64,000 nucleotides of DNA from a candidate division WOR-3 bacterium (lineage in GTDB: Bacteria; Hydrothermota; Tepidihabitantia; SM23-42). Shown here in pieces: positions 46,575 to 56,554 of the stretch. Location: contig JALVOT010000017.1 in NCBI GenBank assembly GCA_027026255.1, forward strand, positions 177,670 to 241,669. Direction: 5' to 3'. The notes beneath the pieces were generated by a model. The model was not told the origin of the DNA, made no database searches, and was given only the letters and a program-made list of their open reading frames with translations. Every line of letters starts with the position of its first letter. Position 1 is the stretch's first letter. The translations under genes and the position numbers were made by a program.

Positions 46575-46857
46575 CAGATAACCGAGATTATTAAACTAAG
46601 ACGGAAAAATACTCAACAACTTCGTTTTACTTTTTTTATATTATTTTATTGGTTATTTGAAAAAATTCTCTACCATCTTCGCCCGGTTCAATTTTTCTCA
46701 GCGCTGACGGCGTCCCCTTTTTTCTCAGCGCGGGCGGCGTCCCCGCCGCCCGCTGGAGGTTTGTCATTCTTACAACCCGCCAGGCACCCTGCCTCGGGGC
46801 GAGACGCCCCCGGCTATATTGTACTTACAAAAAACCGGGATAAAAAGTGAAGCTGAA
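46575..46857 (+). repeat. Repeat element copy D. It lacks the left terminus and has two tandem units and a degenerate right end.
   Basis: GAGATTATTAAACTAAGACGGAAAAATACTCAACAACTTCGTTTTAC...GCGGGCGGCGTCCCCGCCGCCCGC...CCGGCTATATTGTACTTACAAAAAACCGGGATAAAAAGTGAAGCTGAA. Confidence 0.8.
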
Positions 46858-46906
46858 CCATCCCTTTCAACCTTGACATTCAATCTTTTCCAGATATTAT
46901 GTAGTT

Positions 46907-47359
46907 ATGATTCTTTTTCTTATCTCCTTTTCATTGGCTGTTGAAGGCGGTTATTTCCAGCCATTTAATGGTTTTGAAGATATAAATAGGGGTGTTTGTT
47001 TGACCATCACAATGAAGAAAAACGAATCACCTATAATCTATGGTCTTTTTTTTAACACAATGTATTGCCCGGGCAAGAATCCAGATTATTCCCTGAACAA
47101 AACCGACCTGGGGTTTATTATATATCAGGGAAGATGGCGGCTGTCCCCGGTATTTGAGTTCGGCGTCGATTATATTAAGCGTCATCTTTCAGAATATCAA
47201 GAGATCGGTTATGGATTTTCATACGGAATTGGTGTATTATTCAATTTTAATTATGAACAGATTCATATTATTCCCGGGATATATTATGACGGCGTTACTG
47301 ACTTTAAAGAGAACGGGGGATTTCTGGGATTACGATTGGGAATCGATTATGAAATATAA
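46907..47359 (+). CDS. Hypothetical protein.
   Basis: 150-aa ORF rich in Tyr/Gly/Phe, suggesting a beta-rich fold. A leaderless promoter lies upstream. Confidence 0.4.
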   Translation: MILFLISFSLAVEGGYFQPFNGFEDINRGVCLTITMKKNESPIIYGLFFNTMYCPGKNPDYSLNKTDLGFIIYQGRWRLSPVFEFGVDYIKRHLSEYQEIGYGFSYGIGVLFNFNYEQIHIIPGIYYDGVTDFKENGGFLGLRLGIDYEI

Positions 47360-47963
47360 GATAATTTTATTTTTACTATTTATTATTTATTGCGGGGATA
47401 ACCATATCATTCAGCGCAGTGCTGGAAACTATTTCCCGATGAAAGAGAATATGTGGTGGAAGTATGTATCCGACGGAGATACAATATTCACTCTGGTGGA
47501 AGGATTGGATACCTTACTTGGACAAAAATGCTGCCTGTTCAGTCAGAATGGTGTAGCAAATTATTATACCATAACCAATCGCGGTTCAATCAATAAATAT
47601 GTCCGCTTAATCTATAACTACGGCGGAGACGATTATACAGTAATTGAATCATTTGTATTGTATTTAGAATTACCATTTATTACCGGCAATACATTCCAGG
47701 ATTCACTGTGCGACTCAATCCTTGTTGCAAATCAATGGATAGTGGGAAGCTATCGGGTTGAAGGAACGGTATCCGGTTATCAGGTCGATAGTATTTATGG
47801 TGATGTTTACAGGGTGGATAGTAAGGTTGTCGAGTATATTAATAGTCCGGATACAACAATTTCTGATACTACATTTTTCACCGCGTATTATGCAAATAAT
47901 ATTGGGTTGATAAAATTTACCGACCGGAACGGCGAGTATTCTCTTATTGAATACGGTGAATAA
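47349..47963 (+). CDS. Hypothetical lipoprotein.
   Basis: The start is chosen at MKYKIILFLLFIIYCGD (signal peptide plus lipobox). It overlaps the upstream stop by 11 nt. Confidence 0.45.
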   Translation: MKYKIILFLLFIIYCGDNHIIQRSAGNYFPMKENMWWKYVSDGDTIFTLVEGLDTLLGQKCCLFSQNGVANYYTITNRGSINKYVRLIYNYGGDDYTVIESFVLYLELPFITGNTFQDSLCDSILVANQWIVGSYRVEGTVSGYQVDSIYGDVYRVDSKVVEYINSPDTTISDTTFFTAYYANNIGLIKFTDRNGEYSLIEYGE

Positions 47964-47978
47964 TTTCGCCGGAAAGTT

Positions 47979-48647
47979 ATGTCGCAAAAAATAAGAAAAA
48001 AGAAGATTCCATCCCGCGACCTATTAAAGATTTATAAATTACTCTATGATACATTTGGCCCCCAGCACTGGTGGCCGGGAGAAACACCTTTTGAAATAAT
48101 GATTGGTGCAATCCTCACCCAGAATACAAACTGGAATAATGTGGAGTGGGCAATCAACAACATCAAGCAGGCAAGACTTTTAACCCCTGAAAGTCTGCTT
48201 AAAGCGAGGAAGCGGATTCCATTATTGATTCGGCCCTCTGGTTTTTATAGATTAAAGGCGCAAAGGCTTATAGAATTTTTAGAATATTTTGTTGAAAATT
48301 ATCAGGGCAGGGTGGAGTTGATGGCAAAGAAAGGTGTGCAGGATTTAAGAAAAGAATTACTCAGTATTTCCGGAATCGGTAAGGAAACCGCTGACTCAAT
48401 TCTCCTCTATGCACTAAAAAAACCGATCTTTGTTATCGATGCCTATACAAGAAGAATATTCTCCCGTCATAAACTTATCGATTACAACCTTGCCTATGAT
48501 GATATAAGATTAATATTTGAAAAAAATCTTCCCCGACGCATCCAGCTCTTTAATGAATATCATGCCCTGCTTGTGCGCCTGGGAAAGGAGTATTGTAAGA
48601 AGAATGTGCCTCTATGTAATACTTGCCCTGTGCACAATAAATTTTAG
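47979..48647 (+). CDS. Endonuclease III-like HhH-GPD DNA glycosylase.
   Basis: 222-aa ORF with the HhH motif LLSISGIGKETADSILLYAL, the signature GAILTQNTNW, and C-terminal Cys residues (CKKNVPLCNTCPV). Confidence 0.7.
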   Translation: MSQKIRKKKIPSRDLLKIYKLLYDTFGPQHWWPGETPFEIMIGAILTQNTNWNNVEWAINNIKQARLLTPESLLKARKRIPLLIRPSGFYRLKAQRLIEFLEYFVENYQGRVELMAKKGVQDLRKELLSISGIGKETADSILLYALKKPIFVIDAYTRRIFSRHKLIDYNLAYDDIRLIFEKNLPRRIQLFNEYHALLVRLGKEYCKKNVPLCNTCPVHNKF

Positions 48648-49812
48648 TGAAGCCGACTCTCTTGTGCGGGGAATCTACATCAATCCCTATCAGGCGGCAA
48701 GGCGGGTTTATTTAAAAAAGGTATTTGCCCGGGCGGACTCTGGTCTGATAAACACAATTGTGGTTGATTTCAAAAGTGATTATGGATTTCTCAGCTATCG
48801 GTCAAAATTAAAGATAGTAAGAGAACTGAATGCTTACAGGCCATACCTTAATGTCAATTACCTGGTAGAAAATGCCCGGGCGCATAATCTAAAACTCGTT
48901 GCCCGGATTGTCTGTTTCCGCGATAGATACCTTGCATTTTATAAAGATTATGGTATTAAAGATGACCAAGGAAAGGTCTGGCTTGATAATAAAGGTATCG
49001 CCTGGTTAAATCCCTATAAAAAAGGTGTGCAGGATTATCTCATAAAGGTTGCCCGGGAGATAACAGACCTGGGGATAAAATCTATCGTATTTGATTATGT
49101 CCGTTTTCCTGCGGATGGCGATGTGAAAAAGATTCGTTTGACTGCGGTTTCAGGACCCAGAACAAAGCCGATTGTGGAATTTCTAAAAAGGGCGCGTGCG
49201 GAGATTGATGCGGAAATTGGGGTCTGTGTTTATGGCTATGCGGTCTGGCGAACATTGAAGGCCGAGGGTCAGGACATAACAAAGATGAAATACTATATCG
49301 ATATTCTCTGTCCGATGCTCTATCCCTCACATTTCGGTGCAAGTTTTTGCAAGGGTATAAATGAATACTGGCGCAATTACTGGATCTATTTTGATTCAGT
49401 AAAAAGGGCAAAAAAAGAGCTGGCTGGCCGGGTCCGGGTTATCCCATTTATTCAGGGTTTTGATTACCGGGTTGAAGAATTTAACCCTCACTACATAATT
49501 TCCCAGATGGACGGATTATTATCGGCCGGGGCTAATGGATTTATTATCTGGCATGCCGGGGCAGATTACACTATTTCCTGGCCCGCGCTTTCGTGGGCGC
49601 ATAATGCAGTCCTAATTCAAGACGCTCAGAATTTCCTAAGTAACCATAGGAGAGCATTAATCCGCCGACATCAAGAAACAGGGATGGAGAAAGTATTATC
49701 TCCAGGGAAAAGCCGAATGAAAAACCAGAAAGTGTCCCCTCACCATAGCCTGATCGATAACCTGCCATCAGGGCAAACCCTGAAATCTTTTTCTGACCCA
49801 TTGATTCCATAA
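48604..49812 (+). CDS. Putative secreted glycoside-hydrolase-like TIM-barrel protein (DUF4015/GH-like).
   Basis: The start is chosen at MCLYVILALCTINFSEA (a signal peptide), not at the TTG of the ORF track. The low-complexity C-terminal tail overlaps the convergent gene. Confidence 0.4.
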   Translation: MCLYVILALCTINFSEADSLVRGIYINPYQAARRVYLKKVFARADSGLINTIVVDFKSDYGFLSYRSKLKIVRELNAYRPYLNVNYLVENARAHNLKLVARIVCFRDRYLAFYKDYGIKDDQGKVWLDNKGIAWLNPYKKGVQDYLIKVAREITDLGIKSIVFDYVRFPADGDVKKIRLTAVSGPRTKPIVEFLKRARAEIDAEIGVCVYGYAVWRTLKAEGQDITKMKYYIDILCPMLYPSHFGASFCKGINEYWRNYWIYFDSVKRAKKELAGRVRVIPFIQGFDYRVEEFNPHYIISQMDGLLSAGANGFIIWHAGADYTISWPALSWAHNAVLIQDAQNFLSNHRRALIRRHQETGMEKVLSPGKSRMKNQKVSPHHSLIDNLPSGQTLKSFSDPLIP

Positions 49813-50542
49813 ATTCCGGGGCATGGATACGGAGTTCCGCACCCGCGGAAAATGATGGAGCAACATCAGGGTATACTGAGTAGTCAAAACTCAGGGTGAA
49901 TTGATTTCCCCAGAACGGCAATTTCAGGGCAACCCCCTGGCAAAAGTTTACCGGAGGATACTCTAAACGTTCAATAAATCGACGTGGGGTGCCAAGATTC
50001 TTTACTGTGCTTCCGAAATAGAGAAATCTGTAGGGGTTAAATACCAATCCGAAATCCAGCAATCCTCCGTAGGCAGTATATCGATATAACTGACTCCGAA
50101 CAATCTTTATTCCTCCGCCGAATGAGACAATCTTATGTCTTCCATAGGAATAGCCGTATCCGATATTCAACAACATATCTGAATTGGTAAATTCACTGCC
50201 CTGCTCTCCGCGCTCAGAATATTCAACATCATCGGCCCCGAGATAGGATAGTCCAATACCCAGACCACTATGTTTACTTAAAGGAATGGCTGAAGCTAAG
50301 GTGTAGTAATTAAAATAGAGCAGATGGTTCATCGCCATTCCGGAAAGCCAGTATTTTTTTATAATTCCCAGACCTCCAGGATTCCAGAACAGGGCGTTGG
50401 CATCATCGCTGATTGCAGTAAATGCACCACCCATTGCTACAGGCCTTACCCCGATACCCAGTTTAAGAAATGTATAACCGGTTGCCCCGGGTTTGAAGAT
50501 TGAACCGATAATAAAAAAAGCAAATAATATTGGTTGCACCAT
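49571..50542 (-). CDS. PorV/PorQ-family outer-membrane protein, second copy.
   Basis: 323-aa ORF. The N-terminal motif GATGYTFLKLGIGVRPVAMGGAFTAISDDANALFWNPGGLG parallels the protein at 6571..7686. Confidence 0.5.
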   Translation of the reverse strand: MVQPILFAFFIIGSIFKPGATGYTFLKLGIGVRPVAMGGAFTAISDDANALFWNPGGLGIIKKYWLSGMAMNHLLYFNYYTLASAIPLSKHSGLGIGLSYLGADDVEYSERGEQGSEFTNSDMLLNIGYGYSYGRHKIVSFGGGIKIVRSQLYRYTAYGGLLDFGLVFNPYRFLYFGSTVKNLGTPRRFIERLEYPPVNFCQGVALKLPFWGNQFTLSFDYSVYPDVAPSFSAGAELRIHAPEFMESMGQKKISGFALMAGYRSGYGEGTLSGFSFGFSLEIILSPSLFLDVGGLMLSYGYLGNSERLELGLHYAPTKARARK

Positions 50543-51252
50543 TATTTTTTGAATAAAAATTCTAAACTGAATCCCGGAATATCCCTGCTCATAAAGATAT
50601 TAAGGCCTAAACCAAAATATGTGAACCGCCTTATAATGCTGAGGGTGCCGACTGGGTAAAATTTATTTGCCGAATATTCCTCTATCCGGTAATCAGGTTC
50701 TGCTTCTTGCCAGTGCCGACCGGAAATCATAAAGTACTGGACGCCTAATCCGAAATTGATGATAAGCCCGGCACCGGTTGTTTCAATTCCCAGTTTAGTG
50801 ACGATATGATTCAGGGTCTTATATTGGGCTGTGAAATTCGGGTCCTGGTTAAAAAAGTGGAGTCTTTTTAATCGATGGAATGAAATGTCGAGCAGGATAT
50901 TTTTTAGAAAATCATAACGCAGGAGGTTAAATCTTAACCCCACCCCATAGAATGGTTCTGGAGTTCGGGTTCTGTTTTTAATGTATAGACCGATGCCCGT
51001 ATGGATATTTAAGCTATTATTTAAACCGACAGTTAAATGAACCGCACCCGAAGGAACCCATGCCCGCTTTGTATACGGATACAACTGAAAGGGACAGGAG
51101 ATGACCTGCAGAGAAAGGCATACATCTTTTTTATTCAAGAATGGACCGGCTTCGGAAATTAAATTTCCACCCAGTCCGGGCGTAACCTTTTCGAAGAATT
51201 GTTCAGACCCGGACTGGGTAATAAGAATTAATATTAGAATAACCGAATGCAA
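50542..51252 (-). CDS. Putative outer-membrane beta-barrel protein.
   Basis: 236-aa ORF with a hydrophobic N-terminus, an alternating beta-strand pattern and a C-terminus ending in aromatic residues (LEFLFKK). Confidence 0.4.
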   Translation of the reverse strand: MHSVILILILITQSGSEQFFEKVTPGLGGNLISEAGPFLNKKDVCLSLQVISCPFQLYPYTKRAWVPSGAVHLTVGLNNSLNIHTGIGLYIKNRTRTPEPFYGVGLRFNLLRYDFLKNILLDISFHRLKRLHFFNQDPNFTAQYKTLNHIVTKLGIETTGAGLIINFGLGVQYFMISGRHWQEAEPDYRIEEYSANKFYPVGTLSIIRRFTYFGLGLNIFMSRDIPGFSLEFLFKK

Positions 51253-51261
51253 ATTATCCCT

Positions 51262-52350
51262 TTATTTAAATCGATCCTTTAGTTTATTGAGGACCTGGGG
51301 CAGAGTTGTATATTCCATATCTGAAAGGGGCAGGCGCTGCGGTTCAAACGGACCATGCCTGCGGATATAATTGGCAATCTCATTAGCCTTCTGCCTTGCC
51401 AGGTCATAACTGGGATCCGCAAACATATCACGCGGACCGATAAAGGTTCCCTGACTGAGCTGAAAACCAAGGGCAATGACCCGCGGCGGGCCGTCAAATC
51501 GGGTTGGATGGGCATCCTTGACCGAAACCGGCATAAATGGTCCCCAGTGTGAACCCCTCATCCAGCCGGCAACCATATATGGCAGGGAAAATGGTTCAAG
51601 CACCTCGCCTACTGCAGGCAGACCACTCTGGCAGCGGACCATCATCACGGGGTCATCTTTACCAACATACCTCCCGGCGATGAGATTTACCTTCTGAGTG
51701 GATGTTACTGCGGCAATCTCACCATTCTTATTATATACTGATTTAATAATATAATGTTCAGATGCACCGATTAGACATAAAAGGTCATAAATATCCTCAG
51801 GTGAATTAAGCTTTACAATTTTGTTTTCAAAGATATCAAGCACCTCAAAGGTAAATCCGTCATGCATTTTGGGGTCAATCACCAGACCGATTGTGTTAAA
51901 GGGATCAGCAAAGATTTTGTAAAGGGGCATATTCCAGGCACCGGGTGAGGTCTTATCCGCAGCAAAAATTATGATGGGTTCACTCTCGCGTTCCTCAAAT
52001 GTCATCTCGGCACAGCCCGGTCCCATCCCCTTGACATTACCAGCAAAGGCGTCAGAGAGCAAATCCTGTCCCGCACCATATAGTTTTAATTGTTTTGCAA
52101 CCTCGGTGCATTCAACAAAAAGGTCCCATGCCATCTTGTGAATCTCTCCGGAATTTTCCCCCTGGTTATGGGACAAGAGCAATTCCAGGTCATCACCGCA
52201 GTGGGTTACATAAAAGTCAATCAATAACCCTTTTTTCTTCTGGTCATCAAGTATCTGCATTGCCCTGGTAAGAATATTGGGATGCATACTTGAATGGCCA
52301 ACATAGCCGCCAATATCTGCCTTAATTACACTAATCGTGATTTTTGCCAT
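51262..52350 (-). CDS. fbp: Bifunctional fructose-1,6-bisphosphate aldolase/phosphatase (class V FBPase, archaeal type).
   Basis: 362-aa ORF. The N-terminus MAKITISVIKADIGGYVGHSSMHP matches the hallmark MKTTxSVIKADIG...GH of FBP aldolase/phosphatases, and the length is appropriate. Confidence 0.75.
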   Translation of the reverse strand: MAKITISVIKADIGGYVGHSSMHPNILTRAMQILDDQKKKGLLIDFYVTHCGDDLELLLSHNQGENSGEIHKMAWDLFVECTEVAKQLKLYGAGQDLLSDAFAGNVKGMGPGCAEMTFEERESEPIIIFAADKTSPGAWNMPLYKIFADPFNTIGLVIDPKMHDGFTFEVLDIFENKIVKLNSPEDIYDLLCLIGASEHYIIKSVYNKNGEIAAVTSTQKVNLIAGRYVGKDDPVMMVRCQSGLPAVGEVLEPFSLPYMVAGWMRGSHWGPFMPVSVKDAHPTRFDGPPRVIALGFQLSQGTFIGPRDMFADPSYDLARQKANEIANYIRRHGPFEPQRLPLSDMEYTTLPQVLNKLKDRFK

Positions 52351-52378
52351 TTTAAACCTCCTTCTTCAATACACCGAT

Positions 52379-52406
52379 ATTATAATAAAAAAAGGTCTGA
52401 AGTCAA
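52379..52406 (-). promoter_or_regulatory. Sigma70-type promoter of the FBP aldolase/phosphatase gene.
   Basis: On the minus strand: TTGACT - 16 nt - TATAAT, with AGGAGG about 10 nt before the ATG. A repeat-family motif (52471..52490, minus orientation) lies about 70 nt upstream. Confidence 0.55.
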
Positions 52407-52714
52407 CACACTTACTGTGGGTCAAACCTCTTTTTATACTTATCAATTAATTATTAAATTCAAAGATTATCAGGTTATCTTCCACTTTTTGACTTCTCTT
52501 TCTGGATAAGAACAATCCACGATTCCGTATAAAAGATTGAATCGGGATGCCGGCTTAAAAATATGAAGAAGTCATAGAAAAGCGATTTTGAAATAAAACC
52601 ACACAAATCACAAAACCAAATAGGCTCGAATTCTTTGTCTGTAAACAGTTAACCGCTTTTAAAATTTTTAAATATATAATTGACAAATTTTAAAAAATTG
52701 TTATAATGAACAAT

Positions 52715-52790
52715 AGCGCCATCGTCTAGTCTGGCCCAGGACGTCGCCCTCTCAAGGCGAAGATCACGGGTTCAAATCCCGTTGGCGCTA
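52715..52790 (+). tRNA. tRNA-Glu (anticodon CUC).
   Basis: AGCGCCA-UC-GUCUAGUCUGGCCCAGGAC-G-UCGCC-CUCUCAA-GGCGA-AGAUC-ACGGG-UUCAAAU-CCCGU-UGGCGCU-A. Confidence 0.85.
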
Positions 52791-52907
52791 TTTTTATAAT
52801 AATCTGCCGGACATATCGTATTCAGAATCTTGAACCGCTGTATTGTGCTATTGACTTTTTAAAAATTTTGAAGATAATAGATGCCAATATCGAAAGGAGG
52901 TAAGATT

Positions 52908-54035
52908 ATGTACGACAAAAAGACTGACCTTGCTGGACCAGGAGTCTCCACCTATGAAGAACTGGAGAATATTCTGCCCAACGATTATGAACCAATCCTT
53001 CCCCCCAAGGAAAGGATGCATGCGCTATTTGAGGTCAAAAAATATATCGAGGATAATCTCTGCAAAGAGTTGAATCTCTTTATGGTTCAGGTTCCCCTGA
53101 TTGTGGATGAAAAGAGTGGGGTTAATGATATGCTGGACCGGGATGGTTCACGCACACCGGTTACATTCAACTGTGGTCTGGGATTAAAAGAACCGATCCG
53201 TGCCCAGATTGTCCAGGCGGCGACTAAGTGGAAACGTCTTGCCCTGAAGCAGTTTGATTGCAACCTCGGCGAAGGTATCCTTACTGATATGAGGGCGGTG
53301 CGTAAAGACTATTTTCTTGACCACGACCATTCTTCTTATGTTGACCAGTGGGATTGGGAGAGGGTAATTACTGACAAGGACCGTAACTTAGATTTTTTAA
53401 AAGATATCGTAAAGAGAATCTGGAAGGTCATTTATGGCGCCGGGAAATATGTTCAGGAATTATTCCCGAAATTGAAGACCAGTAAGTATTCTGACTTTCC
53501 TGAAGAACTGACATTCTTACATGCCGAGGATATCCTTGATATGTACCCGGACCTTCCCCGTAAACAGCGTGAGACAAAGGTTCTTCAAAAATATCCAGCG
53601 ATATTTATTATCGGCATCGGTTATCCATTAAAGGACGGCTATCCCCATGAAATGAGGGCGGCGGACTATGATGATTGGATTACCGAAACAAAATCCGAGG
53701 ACGGCAGAACAATGCACGGACTTAATGGTGATATTCTGGTCTGGAATCCAGTAACCAGAAGACGGCATGAACTGACCTCAATGGGGATTCGTGTCACCAA
53801 AGAGACATTGGTCAAACAGCTGGAGATGGCCGGACAATTGGAAAATCTCAAACTGCCCTACCATCAGAAGATAATGAATGATGAAATTCCATTATGCATC
53901 GGCGGCGGTATTGGTCAGTCAAGGACCTATATGTATCTTCTGAGAACCGCTCATCTGGGTGAGGTAAGTGTTACGGTCTGGCCTGATGTCCTTAAAAAGA
54001 TGTGCGCAAAGCGAAATATCTTTGTGCTTGAATAA
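52908..54035 (+). CDS. asnA: Aspartate--ammonia ligase (asparagine synthetase A).
   Basis: The start is at MYDKK, preceded by AAGGAGG. Long colinear matches to E. coli AsnA include YVDQWDWERV, DYDDW, LNGDILVWNPV..ELSSMGIRV and IGGGIGQSR. Confidence 0.9.
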   Translation: MYDKKTDLAGPGVSTYEELENILPNDYEPILPPKERMHALFEVKKYIEDNLCKELNLFMVQVPLIVDEKSGVNDMLDRDGSRTPVTFNCGLGLKEPIRAQIVQAATKWKRLALKQFDCNLGEGILTDMRAVRKDYFLDHDHSSYVDQWDWERVITDKDRNLDFLKDIVKRIWKVIYGAGKYVQELFPKLKTSKYSDFPEELTFLHAEDILDMYPDLPRKQRETKVLQKYPAIFIIGIGYPLKDGYPHEMRAADYDDWITETKSEDGRTMHGLNGDILVWNPVTRRRHELTSMGIRVTKETLVKQLEMAGQLENLKLPYHQKIMNDEIPLCIGGGIGQSRTYMYLLRTAHLGEVSVTVWPDVLKKMCAKRNIFVLE

Positions 54036-54099
54036 TACAACCATTTAATCGGTCGTTATCCCGCCCTGCTAAACCAACCCGGGAATTAGCTCTCCTAAA

Positions 54100-54138
54100 C
54101 TTGACATTTCCTGCTGCACCTGAAATGTCAAGTTTAGG
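54100..54138 (+). terminator. Hairpin terminator candidate downstream of asnA.
   Basis: CTTGACATTTC-ctgctgcacct-GAAATGTCAAG followed by TTTAGG. The T-tract is weak. Confidence 0.45.
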
Positions 54139-54156
54139 ATTACCGCTTATTCTCAG

Positions 54157-54496
54157 CTGATTCCTATCCACTTTTTTCATTATGCCTCCGGGATTAATTG
54201 CAACGGTATTCTGGACAGAATAAACTTCCCTGAGATTAGTAAAATAAGATGAAAAATACTCAACAACTTCGTTTTACTTTTTTTATATTATTATTGGTCA
54301 TTTGAAAAATTTCTCTACCATCTCCGCCCGGTTCAATTTTTTCTCAGCGCGGGCGGCGTCCCCGCCGCCCGCTGGAGGTTTGTCATCCTCAACTCGTTTC
54401 ATACTCGCCGGGCGCCCTGCCTCGGGGCGAGACGCCCCTCCGGCTATATTGTAACATAGTTTAAAAAAACCGGGACAAAAAGTGGAGAGAAGTCAG
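54157..54496 (+). repeat. Repeat element copy E. It is full length and carries one tandem unit.
   Basis: Left TIR CTGATTCCTATCCACTTTTT and right TIR AAAAAGTGGAGAGAAGTCAG. Sixteen nt downstream lies TTGATT-16-TATAAT-6-ATG of the pcrB-like gene. Confidence 0.85.
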
Positions 54497-54542
54497 TATT
54501 CTCAGCCCTTGATTTTTTTCCTTACTCAGGTATAATCAAGAT

Positions 54543-55271
54543 ATGGCAATAAAAAAGGTCTCGGCACTTCTTAATAGACTAAAACCCGGGGTGCTGGCTT
54601 TATTCGACCCGGACCGAATACAATGGGGAAACATTGAATCCCTGACCCGGTTCGTATGCGAATCCGGTGTAAAAGGTATCCTTATCGGTTCATCAATCCT
54701 GCTCAACCCCAATTTCGAGCAATTCGTCCTTAAGGTTAAGAAAAATGCTACCTGTCCGGTAATCCTCTTTCCCGGAGGCTCACATCAATTATCTTCCTAT
54801 GCTGATGCCATCTTCTTCCTTTCACTTTTAAGCGGCAGAAATCCTCAATTTTTAATCGGTGAACAGATTAAGGCGGTCTTTTTAATAAAAGAATATAACT
54901 TAGAAGTGATTCCGGTCGGTTATATTCTGATTGAATCAGGAAGCCTTACGGCGGTGGAATATATTTCCGGAACAAAACCCATTCCATATTCCAAACCGGA
55001 GATTGTTATCGCCCATTGTCTTGCCGGACAATATTTCGGGATGAAATATATCTATCTTGAAGCCGGGAGTGGCGCGAAAAGACCGGTTCCGGAAAATGTC
55101 GTCCGGATGGTCAAAAAATATATTAACATCCCCTTAATTGTTGGTGGTGGTATCCGTCGGGAAAAAGATGCCCGGGAGCTTCTGAATGCCGGTGCCGATT
55201 ATATTGTCTTGGGAAGTGTAATTGAGAAATCAAAAAAGACCTTTAAAAAAATTATGAGGAGTTTAATATGA
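54543..55271 (+). CDS. (Hepta)prenylglyceryl-phosphate synthase family protein (PcrB/GGGPS-like TIM barrel).
   Basis: 242-aa ORF with the C-terminal phosphate-binding motif IPLIVGGGIRREKDARELLNAGADYIVLGS. Confidence 0.6.
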   Translation: MAIKKVSALLNRLKPGVLALFDPDRIQWGNIESLTRFVCESGVKGILIGSSILLNPNFEQFVLKVKKNATCPVILFPGGSHQLSSYADAIFFLSLLSGRNPQFLIGEQIKAVFLIKEYNLEVIPVGYILIESGSLTAVEYISGTKPIPYSKPEIVIAHCLAGQYFGMKYIYLEAGSGAKRPVPENVVRMVKKYINIPLIVGGGIRREKDARELLNAGADYIVLGSVIEKSKKTFKKIMRSLI

Positions 55272-56554
55272 AGGTTTTAATTATCGGTGGTGGAGGCAGG
55301 GAACATGCCCTTGCCTGGAAATTGAAGCGTGCCAAAAAGGTGAAACAGATTTATGCGGCACCGGGGAATCCTGGTATTGCCCAGCTCGGAACCTGTGTAA
55401 ATATCCTCACCTCAGATATACCAGGACTCCTGCGCTTTGCCGAAGAGAAAAAGATCGACCTCACGGTAGTGGGTCCAGAACTACCTCTGGCAATGGGCAT
55501 TGTGGATGAATTTCAGAAAAAGGGATTAAAGATATTTGGTCCGAATAAAAAGGCAAGCAAGATTGAGGCAGATAAATCATTTGCCCGTGAATTTATAAAT
55601 AAATTTGGCATCCCGGCACCAAAATTCCAGGTCTATGAGACCGCACACGAGGCTCATCGCTATACCAAGACAATAAATAAGTTTCCCGTGGTTGTAAAGG
55701 CATCCGGGCTGGCGGGCGGTAAAGGGACATTTATTGTGAACAATCGTAAAGAATATGAAAAAGTCGTGGATGAACTTCTGATTCAGCATCGCCTTGGTGA
55801 GGCAGGAAAGAGAATTGTGGTTGAGGAATTTCTTATTGGCCAGGAGATGTCGGTCTTCGTCCTTACTGATGGACTTTCTATTGTCTATCTACCTTCAGCC
55901 CAGGATCATAAAAGATTATATGACCGAAATCGTGGACCCAATACCGGTGGAATGGGTGCCTATGCACCATATCCAACAAATAAAAGAATCACCAATATTA
56001 TAGAACAGGTGATTATTCAACCGACCATACTTTCATTAAGGGACCAGGGTGTAGATTATCAGGGGGTGCTGTATACAGGATTGATTTTAACCTCATTGGG
56101 ACCAATGGTTCTGGAATTCAACTGCCGATTTGGTGACCCGGAAACCCAGGTCATTCTGCCCTTGATTGAAGGTGACTTCTTCACCCCGCTTCTTGCCGTC
56201 GCCGAAAAAAGACTTTCTGAAATCAATCTCAGGGTGAAAAACCTCTGGGCGATATGTGTGGTTCTTGCCTCAGCCGGATATCCTTATGACTATCATATCG
56301 GTGAAGAGATTCAATTCAAACAGAAACTCGATTCCAAAACCCTGCTCTTCCATGCCGGAACAAAGATGGTGGATTCGCATCTGGTTACTGCATCAGGTCG
56401 AGTGCTCAATGTTGTAACCGTCCACGAAAATTTAAAGGTCGCAAAACAGCGTGTCTATGAAGAGATTAAAAAAATTCATTTTTCCGGGATGTATTACCGT
56501 AAGGATATCGGTAATACTGGAATGAAAAAGATGAAGAGGAAGAGACGAAGATGA
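55268..56554 (+). CDS. purD: Phosphoribosylamine--glycine ligase.
   Basis: 428-aa ORF with the N-terminus MKVLIIGGGGREHALAWKL and an ATP-grasp core. Confidence 0.9.
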   Translation: MKVLIIGGGGREHALAWKLKRAKKVKQIYAAPGNPGIAQLGTCVNILTSDIPGLLRFAEEKKIDLTVVGPELPLAMGIVDEFQKKGLKIFGPNKKASKIEADKSFAREFINKFGIPAPKFQVYETAHEAHRYTKTINKFPVVVKASGLAGGKGTFIVNNRKEYEKVVDELLIQHRLGEAGKRIVVEEFLIGQEMSVFVLTDGLSIVYLPSAQDHKRLYDRNRGPNTGGMGAYAPYPTNKRITNIIEQVIIQPTILSLRDQGVDYQGVLYTGLILTSLGPMVLEFNCRFGDPETQVILPLIEGDFFTPLLAVAEKRLSEINLRVKNLWAICVVLASAGYPYDYHIGEEIQFKQKLDSKTLLFHAGTKMVDSHLVTASGRVLNVVTVHENLKVAKQRVYEEIKKIHFSGMYYRKDIGNTGMKKMKRKRRR

